A stretch of DNA of 64,000 nt from Rhodanobacter sp. (GCA_041663105.1 JBAZRB010000021.1:13798-77797), one strand, 5' to 3'; shown: positions 52,300-61,184, counted from the stretch's first letter. Translations and numbers: made by a program. The notes: generated by a model from the letters alone, not told the origin.

Positions 52300-53058
52300 A
52301 TGTCGAACTGGATCCCGCTCTGGTTGCACAAGCTCAGCTCGCCACCGACGTTCTATCGTTTTGCCGGCGCCCTGCGTCCCTGGGCCCTGGCCCTCGCCGT
52401 GGTTTTCGGCGCCATCGGTTTGTACGGCGGCCTGGTGCTCGCCCCGGCCGACTACCAGCAGGGTGACGCCTACCGGATCATCTTCATCCACGTGCCCTCC
52501 GCCTGGATGAGCATGTTCATCTACGCCGTCATGGGAGTATCGGCCTTCGTTGCGTTGGTCTGGCGCATCAAGCTGGCCGAGGTGGTGGCCATGCAATCGG
52601 CCCCGATCGGCGCGGCATTTACCTTCATCACCCTGGTCACCGGCTCGCTGTGGGGCAAGCCGATGTGGGGCACCTGGTGGACCTGGGATGCCCGACTCAC
52701 GTCCGAACTGGTGCTGCTGTTCCTTTATCTGGGCGTGATCGGCCTTTACCAGGCGTTCGAGGATCGCCGCCAGGGCGCGCGCGCCGCGTCATTTCTCGCG
52801 ATCATCGGCATCATCAATGTGCCGATCGTGCATTTTTCGGTGAACTGGTGGAACACCTTGCACCAGGGCAGCACGGTCAATATTTTCGGTCATTCGAAAA
52901 TGTCCTGGGACATGCTGTGGCCGTTGCTGGCGATGACCCTGGCCACCAAATTTTATTACGCCGCCAGCCTTTTCCTGCGTGCGCAGACCGATCTGCTGTC
53001 GATGGAAAGTGGCAAGGACTGGGTGCGCAAGATCGCCGCCAGCGAGAGCGACCGATGA
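52300..53058 (+). CDS. ccmC: Heme exporter protein C
   Basis: WGxxWWxWD Trp-rich motif (WGKPMWGTWWTWDARL). Confidence 0.93.
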   Translation: MSNWIPLWLHKLSSPPTFYRFAGALRPWALALAVVFGAIGLYGGLVLAPADYQQGDAYRIIFIHVPSAWMSMFIYAVMGVSAFVALVWRIKLAEVVAMQSAPIGAAFTFITLVTGSLWGKPMWGTWWTWDARLTSELVLLFLYLGVIGLYQAFEDRRQGARAASFLAIIGIINVPIVHFSVNWWNTLHQGSTVNIFGHSKMSWDMLWPLLAMTLATKFYYAASLFLRAQTDLLSMESGKDWVRKIAASESDR

Positions 53059-53270
53059 GCGCCGTGCAGAGTTTTTTCGCGATGGGTGGCTATGCCAGTT
53101 ACGTCTGGCCAGCCTACGCCGTGTTTTTCATCGTGTTGATCGCCGACTCCATTGCGCCGCGCCTGCGCCGACGCCGCGAGTTGCGCGAGTTGCGCGCCCG
53201 CCTGGCCCGGCAAAGCGCGCGCGCTGCCGGCAATACTGGCAGCTCTTTTCCCACACCACCGACAACCTGA
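53055..53270 (+). CDS. ccmD: Heme exporter protein D
   Basis: ATGA overlap. FFAMGGYASYVWPAY single-TM motif. Confidence 0.75.
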   Translation: MSAVQSFFAMGGYASYVWPAYAVFFIVLIADSIAPRLRRRRELRELRARLARQSARAAGNTGSSFPTPPTT

Positions 53271-53288
53271 GCAAGGCGGCTCACGACC

Positions 53289-53765
53289 ATGCCCATGAAT
53301 CCCACCCGCAAACGTCGACTCGTCATCGTGTTGCTGATTCTCGCGGCGGCCGCCGTCGCTACCGTACTGGTGGTCGTTGCCCTGCAGAACAACATGAACT
53401 ACCTGCTTACGCCGAGCCAGGTGCAGTCAGGCCAAGCCAGCGGCTACAAGACTTTCCGTCTCGGTGGCATGGTCAAGGCCGGCTCGATCCAGCGCAGCGA
53501 CAAGTCGCTCAAGGTCACCTTTACCGTCATCGACGCCGGTGGCGCCATGCCGGTGGAATACACAGGCATCCTGCCCGATCTGTTCCGCGACAACCAGTCG
53601 GTGATCGCCACCGGCTACATGGACAACGCGCACTTCGTCGCTACCGAAGTGCTGGCCAAGCATGACGAAACCTACATGCCGAAAGAGCTGAAGGACGCCA
53701 TGGCCAAGGCGCACGCCAACAAGAAAATCGAAGACGCGGCCGCCGCGCAGGACAAGATGCCATGA
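53289..53765 (+). CDS. ccmE: Cytochrome c-type biogenesis heme chaperone
   Basis: RLGGMV and the [11 protein letters not shown] heme-binding His region. Confidence 0.92.
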   Translation: MPMNPTRKRRLVIVLLILAAAAVATVLVVVALQNNMNYLLTPSQVQSGQASGYKTFRLGGMVKAGSIQRSDKSLKVTFTVIDAGGAMPVEYTGILPDLFRDNQSVIATGYMDNAHFVATEVLAKHDETYMPKELKDAMAKAHANKKIEDAAAAQDKMP

Positions 53766-55738
53766 CCCCCGAACTTGGCCAGATCGCGCTGATCCTTGCC
53801 CTGCTGCTGGCGTTGGCGCAGGGTGTCCTGCCACTGATCGGCGCCTGGCGCGGCAACCGCGCACTGATGGCCGTCGCGCGGCCGGCGGCGGCGGGTCAGG
53901 CCGTATTCGTGGCGATCGCGTTCGGCATCCTGGTCTGGGCATTCCTGCATTTTGATTTCTCGCTCCGCTACGTGGCAGACAACTCGAATCTGGCACTACC
54001 CTGGTACTACCGCATCGCGGCAGTGTGGGGTGCGCACGAGGGTTCACTGCTGCTGTGGATCCTCATCCTCAATGTATGGACCGTGGCGCTGGCCGCCTTC
54101 AGCCAGAAGCTGCCCGAAGTTTTCGCTTCGCGCGTACTGGCCGTGATGGGCCTGGTCGCGGTGGGCTTCCTGGCCTTCATCATCTTCACGTCGGATCCCT
54201 TTGGACGGCTGTTGCCGATGCCCGGCGACGGTGCTGATCTCAACCCGGTATTGCAGGATCCGGGCATGACCTTCCACCCGCCGGTGCTGTACACCGGCTA
54301 CGTCGGCTTTTCGGTGGCGTTTGCGTTCGCCATCGCCGGCCTGCTTGGTGGCGAAATGGAACAGGCCTGGGTGCGCTGGGCGCGTCCCTGGACCAACGTG
54401 GCCTGGGCGTTCCTCACCCTCGGCATTGTCGCTGGCAGCTGGTGGGCGTATGCCGAACTCGGCTGGGGTGGCTGGTGGTTCTGGGATCCGGTGGAGAACG
54501 CCAGCTTCATGCCGTGGCTGGTCGGTTTGGCGCTGATCCATGCGCAGGCGGTGACCGAGAAACGTGGCAGTTTGCGAGCATGGACGATTCTGCTGTCGAT
54601 CTTCGCGTTTTCGCTGAGCCTGCTCGGCACCTTCCTGGTGCGCTCGGGCGTGCTCACCTCGGTGCACGCGTTTGCCTCCGATCCGCGTCGCGGCATCTTC
54701 ATCCTGGCCTTCCTTACCATCGTGGTCGGTGGCTCGCTGCTGCTCTATGCGCTGCGTGCGCCCAAGGTTGCCGGCGGCAAGGCCTTCCAGTTGCTGTCGC
54801 GTGAAACGGTGCTGCTCATCGGCAACCTGATGTTCACGGTGGCGGCGGCCATGGTCTTGCTGGGCACGCTTTTCCCGCTTATCGGCGACGCGCTGAACAT
54901 GGGCCGGATCTCGGTGGGGCCGCCCTATTTCGGCTTCCTGTTTCCATTGCTGATGCTGCCGGTGATTCTGCTGATGCCCTTCGGGCCATTCCTGCGCTGG
55001 GGCCATGGCGATACCGCCGCCATGAAGAGCCTGCTCTTGCGCGTAGCCATCGCGGCTGCGGCCTGCGCGATCATCGCGGCGTTCTTTGTCCACGGTCAGA
55101 TCAAGGCCATGGTGGGTGTGGCCACCGGAGTCTGGATCACCGTCGGGGTGCTGCTTTATGCCTACAAGCGCTGGCGCGATGCACCTCGTGGCCGCCGTTA
55201 TCCGGCCGAAATGGCCGGCATGTTGCTGGCCCACTTCGGCATGGCGGTCTTCGTGGCCGGGGTGCTGCTGTCTGAATCGCTGAGTGTGAGCAGCGATGTG
55301 CGAATGGCCCCCGGGCAGAGCAAGAACATCGGCGGTTACGACCTTCGCTTCGATGGTGTGCAACGCACTACGGGTCCCAACTGGCACGCTGACCAGGGCG
55401 TGATTTCGGTCACCCGCAACGGCAGCCAGGTCACGATGATGCGTCCGCAGAAGCGCACTTATGCCGAAGACCGGGTGCAGACCGAGTCCGCGGTGGACGC
55501 CGGTTTCACGCGTGACTTGTATGTGGCGCTGGGCGAACCGATGGATGCCAGCAATATTCAGGGGGCATGGTCGCTGCGGCTCTATTACAAACCCTTTATC
55601 CGCTGGATCTGGGGCGGTGGCGTGCTGATGATGCTGGGCGGATTCGTCTGCGCCACCGATCGGCGCTTCCGCATCAAGCGCGGGGTGGAAGAAACCGTGG
55701 ACGGAAGTGAATTGCTGGCTCAGGAGTCACGTGCATGA
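53762..55738 (+). CDS. ccmF: Cytochrome c heme lyase subunit
   Basis: [15 protein letters not shown] motif, 658 aa. Confidence 0.95.
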   Translation: MTPELGQIALILALLLALAQGVLPLIGAWRGNRALMAVARPAAAGQAVFVAIAFGILVWAFLHFDFSLRYVADNSNLALPWYYRIAAVWGAHEGSLLLWILILNVWTVALAAFSQKLPEVFASRVLAVMGLVAVGFLAFIIFTSDPFGRLLPMPGDGADLNPVLQDPGMTFHPPVLYTGYVGFSVAFAFAIAGLLGGEMEQAWVRWARPWTNVAWAFLTLGIVAGSWWAYAELGWGGWWFWDPVENASFMPWLVGLALIHAQAVTEKRGSLRAWTILLSIFAFSLSLLGTFLVRSGVLTSVHAFASDPRRGIFILAFLTIVVGGSLLLYALRAPKVAGGKAFQLLSRETVLLIGNLMFTVAAAMVLLGTLFPLIGDALNMGRISVGPPYFGFLFPLLMLPVILLMPFGPFLRWGHGDTAAMKSLLLRVAIAAAACAIIAAFFVHGQIKAMVGVATGVWITVGVLLYAYKRWRDAPRGRRYPAEMAGMLLAHFGMAVFVAGVLLSESLSVSSDVRMAPGQSKNIGGYDLRFDGVQRTTGPNWHADQGVISVTRNGSQVTMMRPQKRTYAEDRVQTESAVDAGFTRDLYVALGEPMDASNIQGAWSLRLYYKPFIRWIWGGGVLMMLGGFVCATDRRFRIKRGVEETVDGSELLAQESRA

Positions 55739-56277
55739 GTCGTCTGGTGCCATTTTTCGGCTTCCTTGCGCTGGTGGCGCTGTTTGCCTTCGGCATCTGG
55801 TGGAACACTGAGCACGACCAGAGCGCGATTCCCTCGCCGTTGCTGAACAAGCCGGCCCCGGCTTTCAACCTGCCCAAGCTCTACGAGCCAGCCCAGACCG
55901 TCAGCAAGGCGGACCTGCTGGGCAAGCCCTACCTGCTCAACGTGTTCGCCAGCTGGTGCATTGAATGTGGCGTGGAGCACCCGGTGCTCGAAGCGGAAGG
56001 CCCGAGCCTTGGCGTGGTGCTGGTGGGTTACAACTACAAGGACGCACCCGCGGACGCCAAGCGCTGGCTGGCCCAACACGGCAACCCTTACAACCTGCTG
56101 ATCGCCGACGAGTCCGGCCAGACCGCGATCGATTTTGGTGTATACGGTGCGCCGGAAAGTTTTCTCGTCGATGCCAGAGGCGTAATCCGATACAAGCACA
56201 TCGGCCCGCTCACCCCCGACGTGGTGTCGCAGAAACTGAAGCCCGCCATCGCCGCCATGCTGAAGGAAGCCAAGTGA
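55735..56277 (+). CDS. ccmG: Thiol:disulfide interchange protein DsbE/CcmG
   Basis: Thioredoxin CxxC (WCIEC), GVYGAPE. Confidence 0.9.
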   Translation: MSRLVPFFGFLALVALFAFGIWWNTEHDQSAIPSPLLNKPAPAFNLPKLYEPAQTVSKADLLGKPYLLNVFASWCIECGVEHPVLEAEGPSLGVVLVGYNYKDAPADAKRWLAQHGNPYNLLIADESGQTAIDFGVYGAPESFLVDARGVIRYKHIGPLTPDVVSQKLKPAIAAMLKEAK

Positions 56278-56801
56278 TGTCGCACCTATTGGGTAGGAGC
56301 GCACCCTTTGCGCGAGCGCTTTTCACATCGGTGACGCACAAAGGCACTCGCGCACAGGGTGCGCTCCTGCAGGTCGTGTTCGTGGTGTTGCTGGCGTTCG
56401 CAAGCTTTGCCCACGCGCAGGCGATCGAACCGTTGCCATTTGCCAACCATGCGCAGGAAGTTCGCTTCCAGCACCTCACCGCGCAATTGCGCTGCCCCAT
56501 GTGCCAGAACGAAACCCTGGCCGACTCCAACGCGCCGATCGCGCGCGACCTGCGCAACCAGGTTTTCAAGTTGATGCAGCAGGGCAAAAACGACGCGCAG
56601 ATCAAGCAGTATCTGGTTGCCCGCTATTCCGACTACGTGCTCTACGACCCACCATTGCAGCCCGACACATGGCTGTTGTGGTTCGGACCATTACTGATTC
56701 TGCTCGGCGGTGCTGCCGTGGTGGTTATCGCCATCAGAAAACGCAACCGTAGCGGCAATGTAACCATCGAGGCACCGACCGGAAACGGGGACGACTGGTG
56801 A
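56277..56801 (+). CDS. ccmH: Cytochrome c-type biogenesis protein CcmH
   Basis: LRCPMCQNETLADSNAP motif. Start uncertain (ATG 56277, or GTG 56376 giving a standard signal peptide). Confidence 0.85.
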   Translation: MSHLLGRSAPFARALFTSVTHKGTRAQGALLQVVFVVLLAFASFAHAQAIEPLPFANHAQEVRFQHLTAQLRCPMCQNETLADSNAPIARDLRNQVFKLMQQGKNDAQIKQYLVARYSDYVLYDPPLQPDTWLLWFGPLLILLGGAAVVVIAIRKRNRSGNVTIEAPTGNGDDW

Positions 56802-57853
56802 AAATAGTCTTTTATGCAATCGCCGCAGCGATGATCGCCGTGGCGCTGGCAGCCTTGCTGCTGCCACTGGTTATTCAGGGCCGCCGCAGCAACCGCTCGC
56901 GCGGTGTATTTGCACTGATCCTTGCCATCGCGGTCGTGCTGCCGCTGGCGACTGGCTGGCTGTATCTGAAGATAGGCACACCAGCGGCGCTGAACGGAGT
57001 TACCGCCCAGGCCGCCATGCCGCTGAGCATGCAACAGGCGGTTTCCCAGTTGCGCGCACATCTGACCCAAAAGCCCGATGACCTGCAGGCATGGATGCTG
57101 TTGGCGCAGACCAGCATGATGATGCACGACACCGCTGGTGCACGTGATGCGTACGAGCAGATCATGAAGCTCGATCCCAACAACGCCGATGCCATGGTCG
57201 GCTGGGCCGAGGCCGATGCAATGCTGCAAGGCGACCATGTGATCGGGGAACGCGCGGTAGCGCTGCTCAAGCATGCCGTGCAGTTGCAACCAGACAGCCA
57301 ACGCGGCCTGTGGCTGCTGGGCACCAGCGAGTTCCAGCAAGAGAACTACTCCGGTGCAGCCGCCACTTGGCGCCTGCTGCAGCAGCAACTCGAACCCGGC
57401 TCGGACGTCGCCAAGGCTGTCGCCGAGCAGATCACCCAGGCCGATGCCCGTGCCGGCGGTGCGCCGGCTGCGGCCGCATCCACGCATGCCGCCGCCGAGA
57501 CAACGCCCGACCCGGCCTTGCAAGTGCAGGTCTCACTGGCACCGGACCTGAAAGCCAAACTGGCGGCCGGGGATACCCTCTTCATCTTCGCCCGTCCAGT
57601 GAACGGCCTGCCGATGCCGCTGGCGGTGGCCAGACTTGAAGCAAGTCAGCTGCCTGCCAAGGTGACCCTGACCGATGCGATGGCGATGACGCCGACACGC
57701 ACATTGTCGTCGGTAACGCAGGTTTTCGTCGGTGCCCGAATCAGCCATAGTGGCCAACCGGTTGCCCAGAACGGCGACCTGGAAGGCAATGCCGGTGTCG
57801 TCGACGTGAGCCGCCACACGCCTGTCGAGATCATCATCGACAAAGTGCATTGA
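56798..57853 (+). CDS. ccmI: Cytochrome c-type biogenesis protein CcmI (TPR)
   Basis: GTGA overlap. N-terminal 2 TM plus TPR region. Confidence 0.8.
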   Translation: MKIVFYAIAAAMIAVALAALLLPLVIQGRRSNRSRGVFALILAIAVVLPLATGWLYLKIGTPAALNGVTAQAAMPLSMQQAVSQLRAHLTQKPDDLQAWMLLAQTSMMMHDTAGARDAYEQIMKLDPNNADAMVGWAEADAMLQGDHVIGERAVALLKHAVQLQPDSQRGLWLLGTSEFQQENYSGAAATWRLLQQQLEPGSDVAKAVAEQITQADARAGGAPAAAASTHAAAETTPDPALQVQVSLAPDLKAKLAAGDTLFIFARPVNGLPMPLAVARLEASQLPAKVTLTDAMAMTPTRTLSSVTQVFVGARISHSGQPVAQNGDLEGNAGVVDVSRHTPVEIIIDKVH

Positions 57854-59004
57854 TGGGCCTCGACGCGCGACACTACTTCCGCCTGCCCTCCCCGTTCGCG
57901 ATGAAGCGCGGCGGCGAACTGCATGGCGCGCACATCGCCTACGAAACCTGGGGCGCACTGAACATGGTGCGCGACAACGCCGTGTTGGTGCTCACCGGGC
58001 TGTCGCCCAGCGCACACATGGCATCCTGCAAGGACGATCCCAGCCCCGGTTGGTGGGAGGCGATGGTCGGCCCCGGCAAGGCGATCGACACCTCACGCTG
58101 GTTCGTGATCTGCGTGAACTCGCTGGGCAGCGACAAGGGCTCGACCTGTCCCGCCTCGATCGACCCCGGCACCGGCAAACCCTATCGCCTGAGCTTCCCC
58201 GAGCTGGCACTCGAAGACGTCGCCAACGCGGCCCATGCCGTGGTCGGCGATCTGGGCATCACCCGACTGGCCTGCCTGATCGGCTGCTCGATGGGCGGCA
58301 TGAGTGCACTGGCCTACATGCTGCTGCACCCTGGCGGCGTGCGCGCGCACATCAGCGTGGACACCGCGCCACAAGCACAACCGTTCGCCATCGCCATCCG
58401 CTCGCTGCAGCGCGAGGCGATCCGGTTGGACCCTCAATTCGCCGACGGCAACTACGATATCCATGCAGAGGCTGGCGGCACCTACCCCGACATGGGCATG
58501 AGCATCGCGCGCAAGCTGGGCGTGATCACCTATCGCTCGGCGATGGAATGGAATGGCCGGTTCGCACGCATCCGGCTCGACCCCGAGCAACGCGAGGACG
58601 AACCATTTGGCCGCGAGTTCCAGGTCGAGTCCTATCTCGAAGGCCACGCCCAGCGCTTCGTGCGCAATTTCGACCCCAACAGCTACCTCTACCTCTCGCG
58701 CGCCAGCGACTGGTTCGACATCGCCGAATACGGCCATGGCAGCGTGCTGGAAGGGCTCAAGCGCATCTGCATCGAACAGGCGATGGTGATTGGCGTCAGC
58801 ACTGATATCCTGTTTCCATTGCAGCAGCAGGAACAGATCGCCGAAGGCCTCGAAGCCGCCGGCGCCAAGGTGGAATTCGTGGCGCTGGACTCGCCCCAGG
58901 GTCACGATGCCTTCCTGGTCGACATCGACAATTACAGCCGCGCGATTGGCGGCTTCCTGAAGCGCCTGACTGACGTCGGCATGAATACCGCGCAGCCAGG
59001 CTGA
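57853..59004 (+). CDS. MetX-family alpha/beta-hydrolase acyltransferase (homoserine O-acetyltransferase-like; possibly serine O-acyltransferase)
   Basis: Nucleophile elbow GCSMGGM and a C-terminal GHDAFL His. TGATG overlap with the ccmI stop. Confidence 0.85.
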   Translation: MGLDARHYFRLPSPFAMKRGGELHGAHIAYETWGALNMVRDNAVLVLTGLSPSAHMASCKDDPSPGWWEAMVGPGKAIDTSRWFVICVNSLGSDKGSTCPASIDPGTGKPYRLSFPELALEDVANAAHAVVGDLGITRLACLIGCSMGGMSALAYMLLHPGGVRAHISVDTAPQAQPFAIAIRSLQREAIRLDPQFADGNYDIHAEAGGTYPDMGMSIARKLGVITYRSAMEWNGRFARIRLDPEQREDEPFGREFQVESYLEGHAQRFVRNFDPNSYLYLSRASDWFDIAEYGHGSVLEGLKRICIEQAMVIGVSTDILFPLQQQEQIAEGLEAAGAKVEFVALDSPQGHDAFLVDIDNYSRAIGGFLKRLTDVGMNTAQPG

Positions 59005-59032
59005 CTACCCTCACGTACCACCAGAGAACCAC

Positions 59033-59614
59033 ATGCTTACCCTGGATTTCCCCGGCAGCCAAATCCTGATTGATGCGATCGACGACGCCGTGGCCAAGCC
59101 CACCACCCACGCGCTCACTGACAGCCTGCGCAACAGCCTGTGCCAGATGATTCGCGAGCAGTCGGTCACCCTGCCCGAGTGTGTGTTCAAAGCCAACCCC
59201 GACCGCTACGCCCGCCGCGAGCTGTATCGCAGCGAAGAGCACGGCTACTGCGTGGTCGCGATGACCTGGGGCCCGGGCCAGGGCACACCGATCCACGATC
59301 ACGACGGCATGTGGTGTGTCGAAGGCGTGTGGAATGGCTCACTCGACATCGTGCAATACCAGCTACTGGAACATCAGGACCAGCGCTACTGCTTCCAGCC
59401 GATCGGCTCGATCCAGGCCGGTGCGGGCTCAGCCGGCAGCCTGATCCCGCCGCACGAGTACCACAGCATCCGCAACCCCAGCGACAACGGGGTAACCGTA
59501 AGTCTGCACATCTATTCCGGCGCCATGCTGCGTTGTGCCGTGTTCCAGCCGCTGCCGGAAGATCGCTGGTATGACCGGAATATTCGTCAATTGGGTCTCG
59601 ACCGCGTGCACTGA
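59033..59614 (+). CDS. Cysteine dioxygenase type I-like cupin
   Basis: Cupin metal ligands IHDHDG ... HEYHSIRN. Confidence 0.7.
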   Translation: MLTLDFPGSQILIDAIDDAVAKPTTHALTDSLRNSLCQMIREQSVTLPECVFKANPDRYARRELYRSEEHGYCVVAMTWGPGQGTPIHDHDGMWCVEGVWNGSLDIVQYQLLEHQDQRYCFQPIGSIQAGAGSAGSLIPPHEYHSIRNPSDNGVTVSLHIYSGAMLRCAVFQPLPEDRWYDRNIRQLGLDRVH

Positions 59615-59626
59615 ACCCGGCATAAT
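59598..59626 (+). promoter_or_regulatory. Candidate sigma70 promoter of the tRNA locus
   Basis: TCGACC (-35-like), 17-nt spacer, CATAAT (-10), ending 14 nt before the first tRNA nucleotide. Confidence 0.35.
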
Positions 59627-59640
59627 GCAGCGGCTCACAT

Positions 59641-59678
59641 GCCGGTGTGGCGGAATGGTAGACGCGGCGGACTCAAAA
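59641..59678 (+). pseudogene. Orphan 5' half of an intronless tRNA-Leu(CAA) gene, truncated at the 3' edge of the anticodon loop
   Basis: GCCGGTG-TG-GCGG-AATGGTAG-ACGC-G-GCGGA-CTCAAAA gives acceptor, D-arm, anticodon stem 5' strand and a full 7-nt loop. No complementary TCCGC, T-arm or acceptor 3' strand follows. Confidence 0.7.
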
Positions 59679-59865
59679 ACCAGTGCTTCTACCTCTGGTT
59701 AACTCAGGTTCATCGTCCGAAAGCCGCATCAGGCAAAGATTTCAAGGGAAAATTGGCTTCTGATTGGAAAGTACACCTTTCGAGCCAGGAGCCAACTAGG
59801 AGCCAGTGCGGCGCAGACTGGCGCCAAGCAGGTGGTAGCAGGTAGTTGAAGTAAGGTTGCGTCAC

Positions 59866-60194
59866 GCCCGAGTGGTGGAATTGGTAGACGCAGAGGACTC
59901 AGACCAAATTTGAGCCCTCTTGGAGAAATCCTTGAGGTGAAGCCCGTCAAACTCGGTGAAGGCCCTGGACGCAAGTCCGAGCTAATGCCGAGCCAAGCCC
60001 AGGCCGAAAGGTGTGGGAAGGTGTAGAGAGCAGACGGCGGGCACCTACGGCCAAGCGGTAACACGCAGTGCTATGGTGAAGGCGTGCTCCAGACCACGAA
60101 CGCCCTGCCTCGTGCAGGACGGCGGCGAAAGCCGAAGTGGTAAGAAAATCCTCCGCCGCAAGGCTTGTCGGTTCGAGTCCGACCTCGGGCACCA
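59866..60194 (+). tRNA. tRNA-Leu(CAA) interrupted by a group I intron in the anticodon loop
   Basis: Exon 1 (59866-59900) is GCCCGAG-TG-GTGG-AATTGGTAG-ACGC-A-GAGGA-CTC. Exon 2 (60145-60194) is AAAA-TCCTC-C-GCC-GCAA-GGC-TT-GTCGG-TTCGAGT-CCGAC-CTCGGGC-A-CCA. All four stems and the long Leu variable arm pair correctly after intron removal. Confidence 0.85.
59901..60144 (+). ncRNA. Group I intron (IC3-like, cyanobacterial tRNA-Leu/Azoarcus type), 244 nt, no ORF
   Basis: P1 forms between CUCAGA and AUUUGAG. Core blocks GCCGAGCCAAGC (59987-59998), GAAGGUGUAGAGA (60017-60029), AGACGG (60032-60037) and GCUAUGG (60070-60076) match the Azoarcus/Anabaena tRNA introns from memory. A GCGAAAGC tetraloop hairpin lies near the 3' end. 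Terminal G at 60144. Confidence 0.85.
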
Positions 60195-60200
60195 ATTCAA

Positions 60201-60236
60201 AAGCCGCCCCTGCTGTACAGAGGCGGCTTTTTTTTA
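60201..60236. terminator. Bidirectional rho-independent terminator after the tRNA
   Basis: Stem gccgcc/ggcggc with a 13-nt loop, followed by an 8-nt T-run. An A-run on the other side serves the convergent WYL gene. Confidence 0.75.
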
Positions 60237-60283
60237 TTTCCTAATCCTACGGCAGCAACTCGGATATCCACGCTGAAATCGAT

Positions 60284-61153
60284 CTACGAGCCGGGCATCA
60301 ACCACCTTGAGAGCTTTTCAACATCATCCACGCATAGCTCAAAGTCCGGAGGCTGTTGCTTGGCGGGATCTGTAGACGCGCGAAGGTCGTGAATGACGTA
60401 AGGCAGCAATGCTGCCCTGACTGTTTCTATGCGTGCCGCTGAACCCCCAAGATATTCGGCACGAACCATCTGCTTTTGTTCGAGCGTCAGCTTAGGATGC
60501 GGAACTACCCGCAGAGCCACTTGTGTGGCCCAGGCAATATCCTGATCCCGCTGGGCATCACCAGGTGACGCGAGGCCGGTCACGGTCAATTCGCTCAGTC
60601 GCGTCAGCGCAAGATCCTGGAATCCTCCAGCTTCGGAGACATAGGCCCGCACATGCCACCGCCGCCCTGCTTCGACCAGCGAATGCGGATAGAAGGTCTT
60701 GGGCTTAGGCATCGGATTACGCATTGAGCAATGCTTCGCCGTCACACCGACCCCTTCTCGGATCGCCCGATGCAGGATCGCAAAGGCGCGATGGTGCACG
60801 GCTCCGAAATCAAGTTGCGTTCGCACGACGACGGCCTGCTCTAATTGCCGCTCGGTCAATGTGTATGCCAAGTACTCCTCGATCGTGCCAGCGGTCAGAA
60901 GCGGCTTGAAATCAGCATCAGCCACCCAGCGACGCTGCGCGGTCGAGTACGTCAAGCCGACCGAGTTCATGCCGACATACTGGGCCAGCAAGCGGCTGAC
61001 TGTGGTGAAGTGCAGATCTAAGAGCCCCCGAACACGCTCATTGCCCGCAGCGCCCTCCCAGAGAAGAAGCGACTCGATGGCACGCAGGGTTTCCGGGCTT
61101 TTAGCGGGAGCAGGCATGGCCAGAGTTGATGGTTGCAAGCCGGAGCGAGTCAT
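60284..61153 (-). CDS. wHTH-WYL-WCX transcriptional regulator (BrxR/CapW-like)
   Basis: 289 aa. N-terminal HTH (LLDLHFTTVSRLLAQY), central WYL-type segment (FYPHSLVEAGRRWHVRAYVSEAGGFQDLALTRL), C-terminal extension. Divergent from the SMC-type cluster. Confidence 0.78.
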   Translation of the reverse strand: MTRSGLQPSTLAMPAPAKSPETLRAIESLLLWEGAAGNERVRGLLDLHFTTVSRLLAQYVGMNSVGLTYSTAQRRWVADADFKPLLTAGTIEEYLAYTLTERQLEQAVVVRTQLDFGAVHHRAFAILHRAIREGVGVTAKHCSMRNPMPKPKTFYPHSLVEAGRRWHVRAYVSEAGGFQDLALTRLSELTVTGLASPGDAQRDQDIAWATQVALRVVPHPKLTLEQKQMVRAEYLGGSAARIETVRAALLPYVIHDLRASTDPAKQQPPDFELCVDDVEKLSRWLMPGS

Positions 61154-61184
61154 AGCAATATCACCAATATAGCGATATTGCTAT
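61152..61184. promoter_or_regulatory. Perfect 11-bp inverted repeat (candidate WYL-regulator operator) in the divergent promoter region
   Basis: ATAGCAATATC-n11-GATATTGCTAT overlaps the regulator start codon and lies 26 nt upstream of the jetA-like ATG. Extra ATAGC/TAGCGA half-sites are nearby. Confidence 0.6.

Noticed and set aside
59639-59845. 68-aa plus-strand ORF across the tRNA half and spacer
   Set aside because: It starts inside tRNA-like sequence, has no RBS and has non-protein-like composition. The region is better explained as tRNA remnant plus spacer.
59641-60194. A single tRNA gene with a ~470-nt intron joining the first 5' half to the distal 3' exon
   Set aside because: Acceptor (GCCGGUG vs CUCGGGC) and anticodon-stem (GCGGA vs UCCUC) strands do not pair. 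The second 5' half (59866-59900) pairs perfectly instead.
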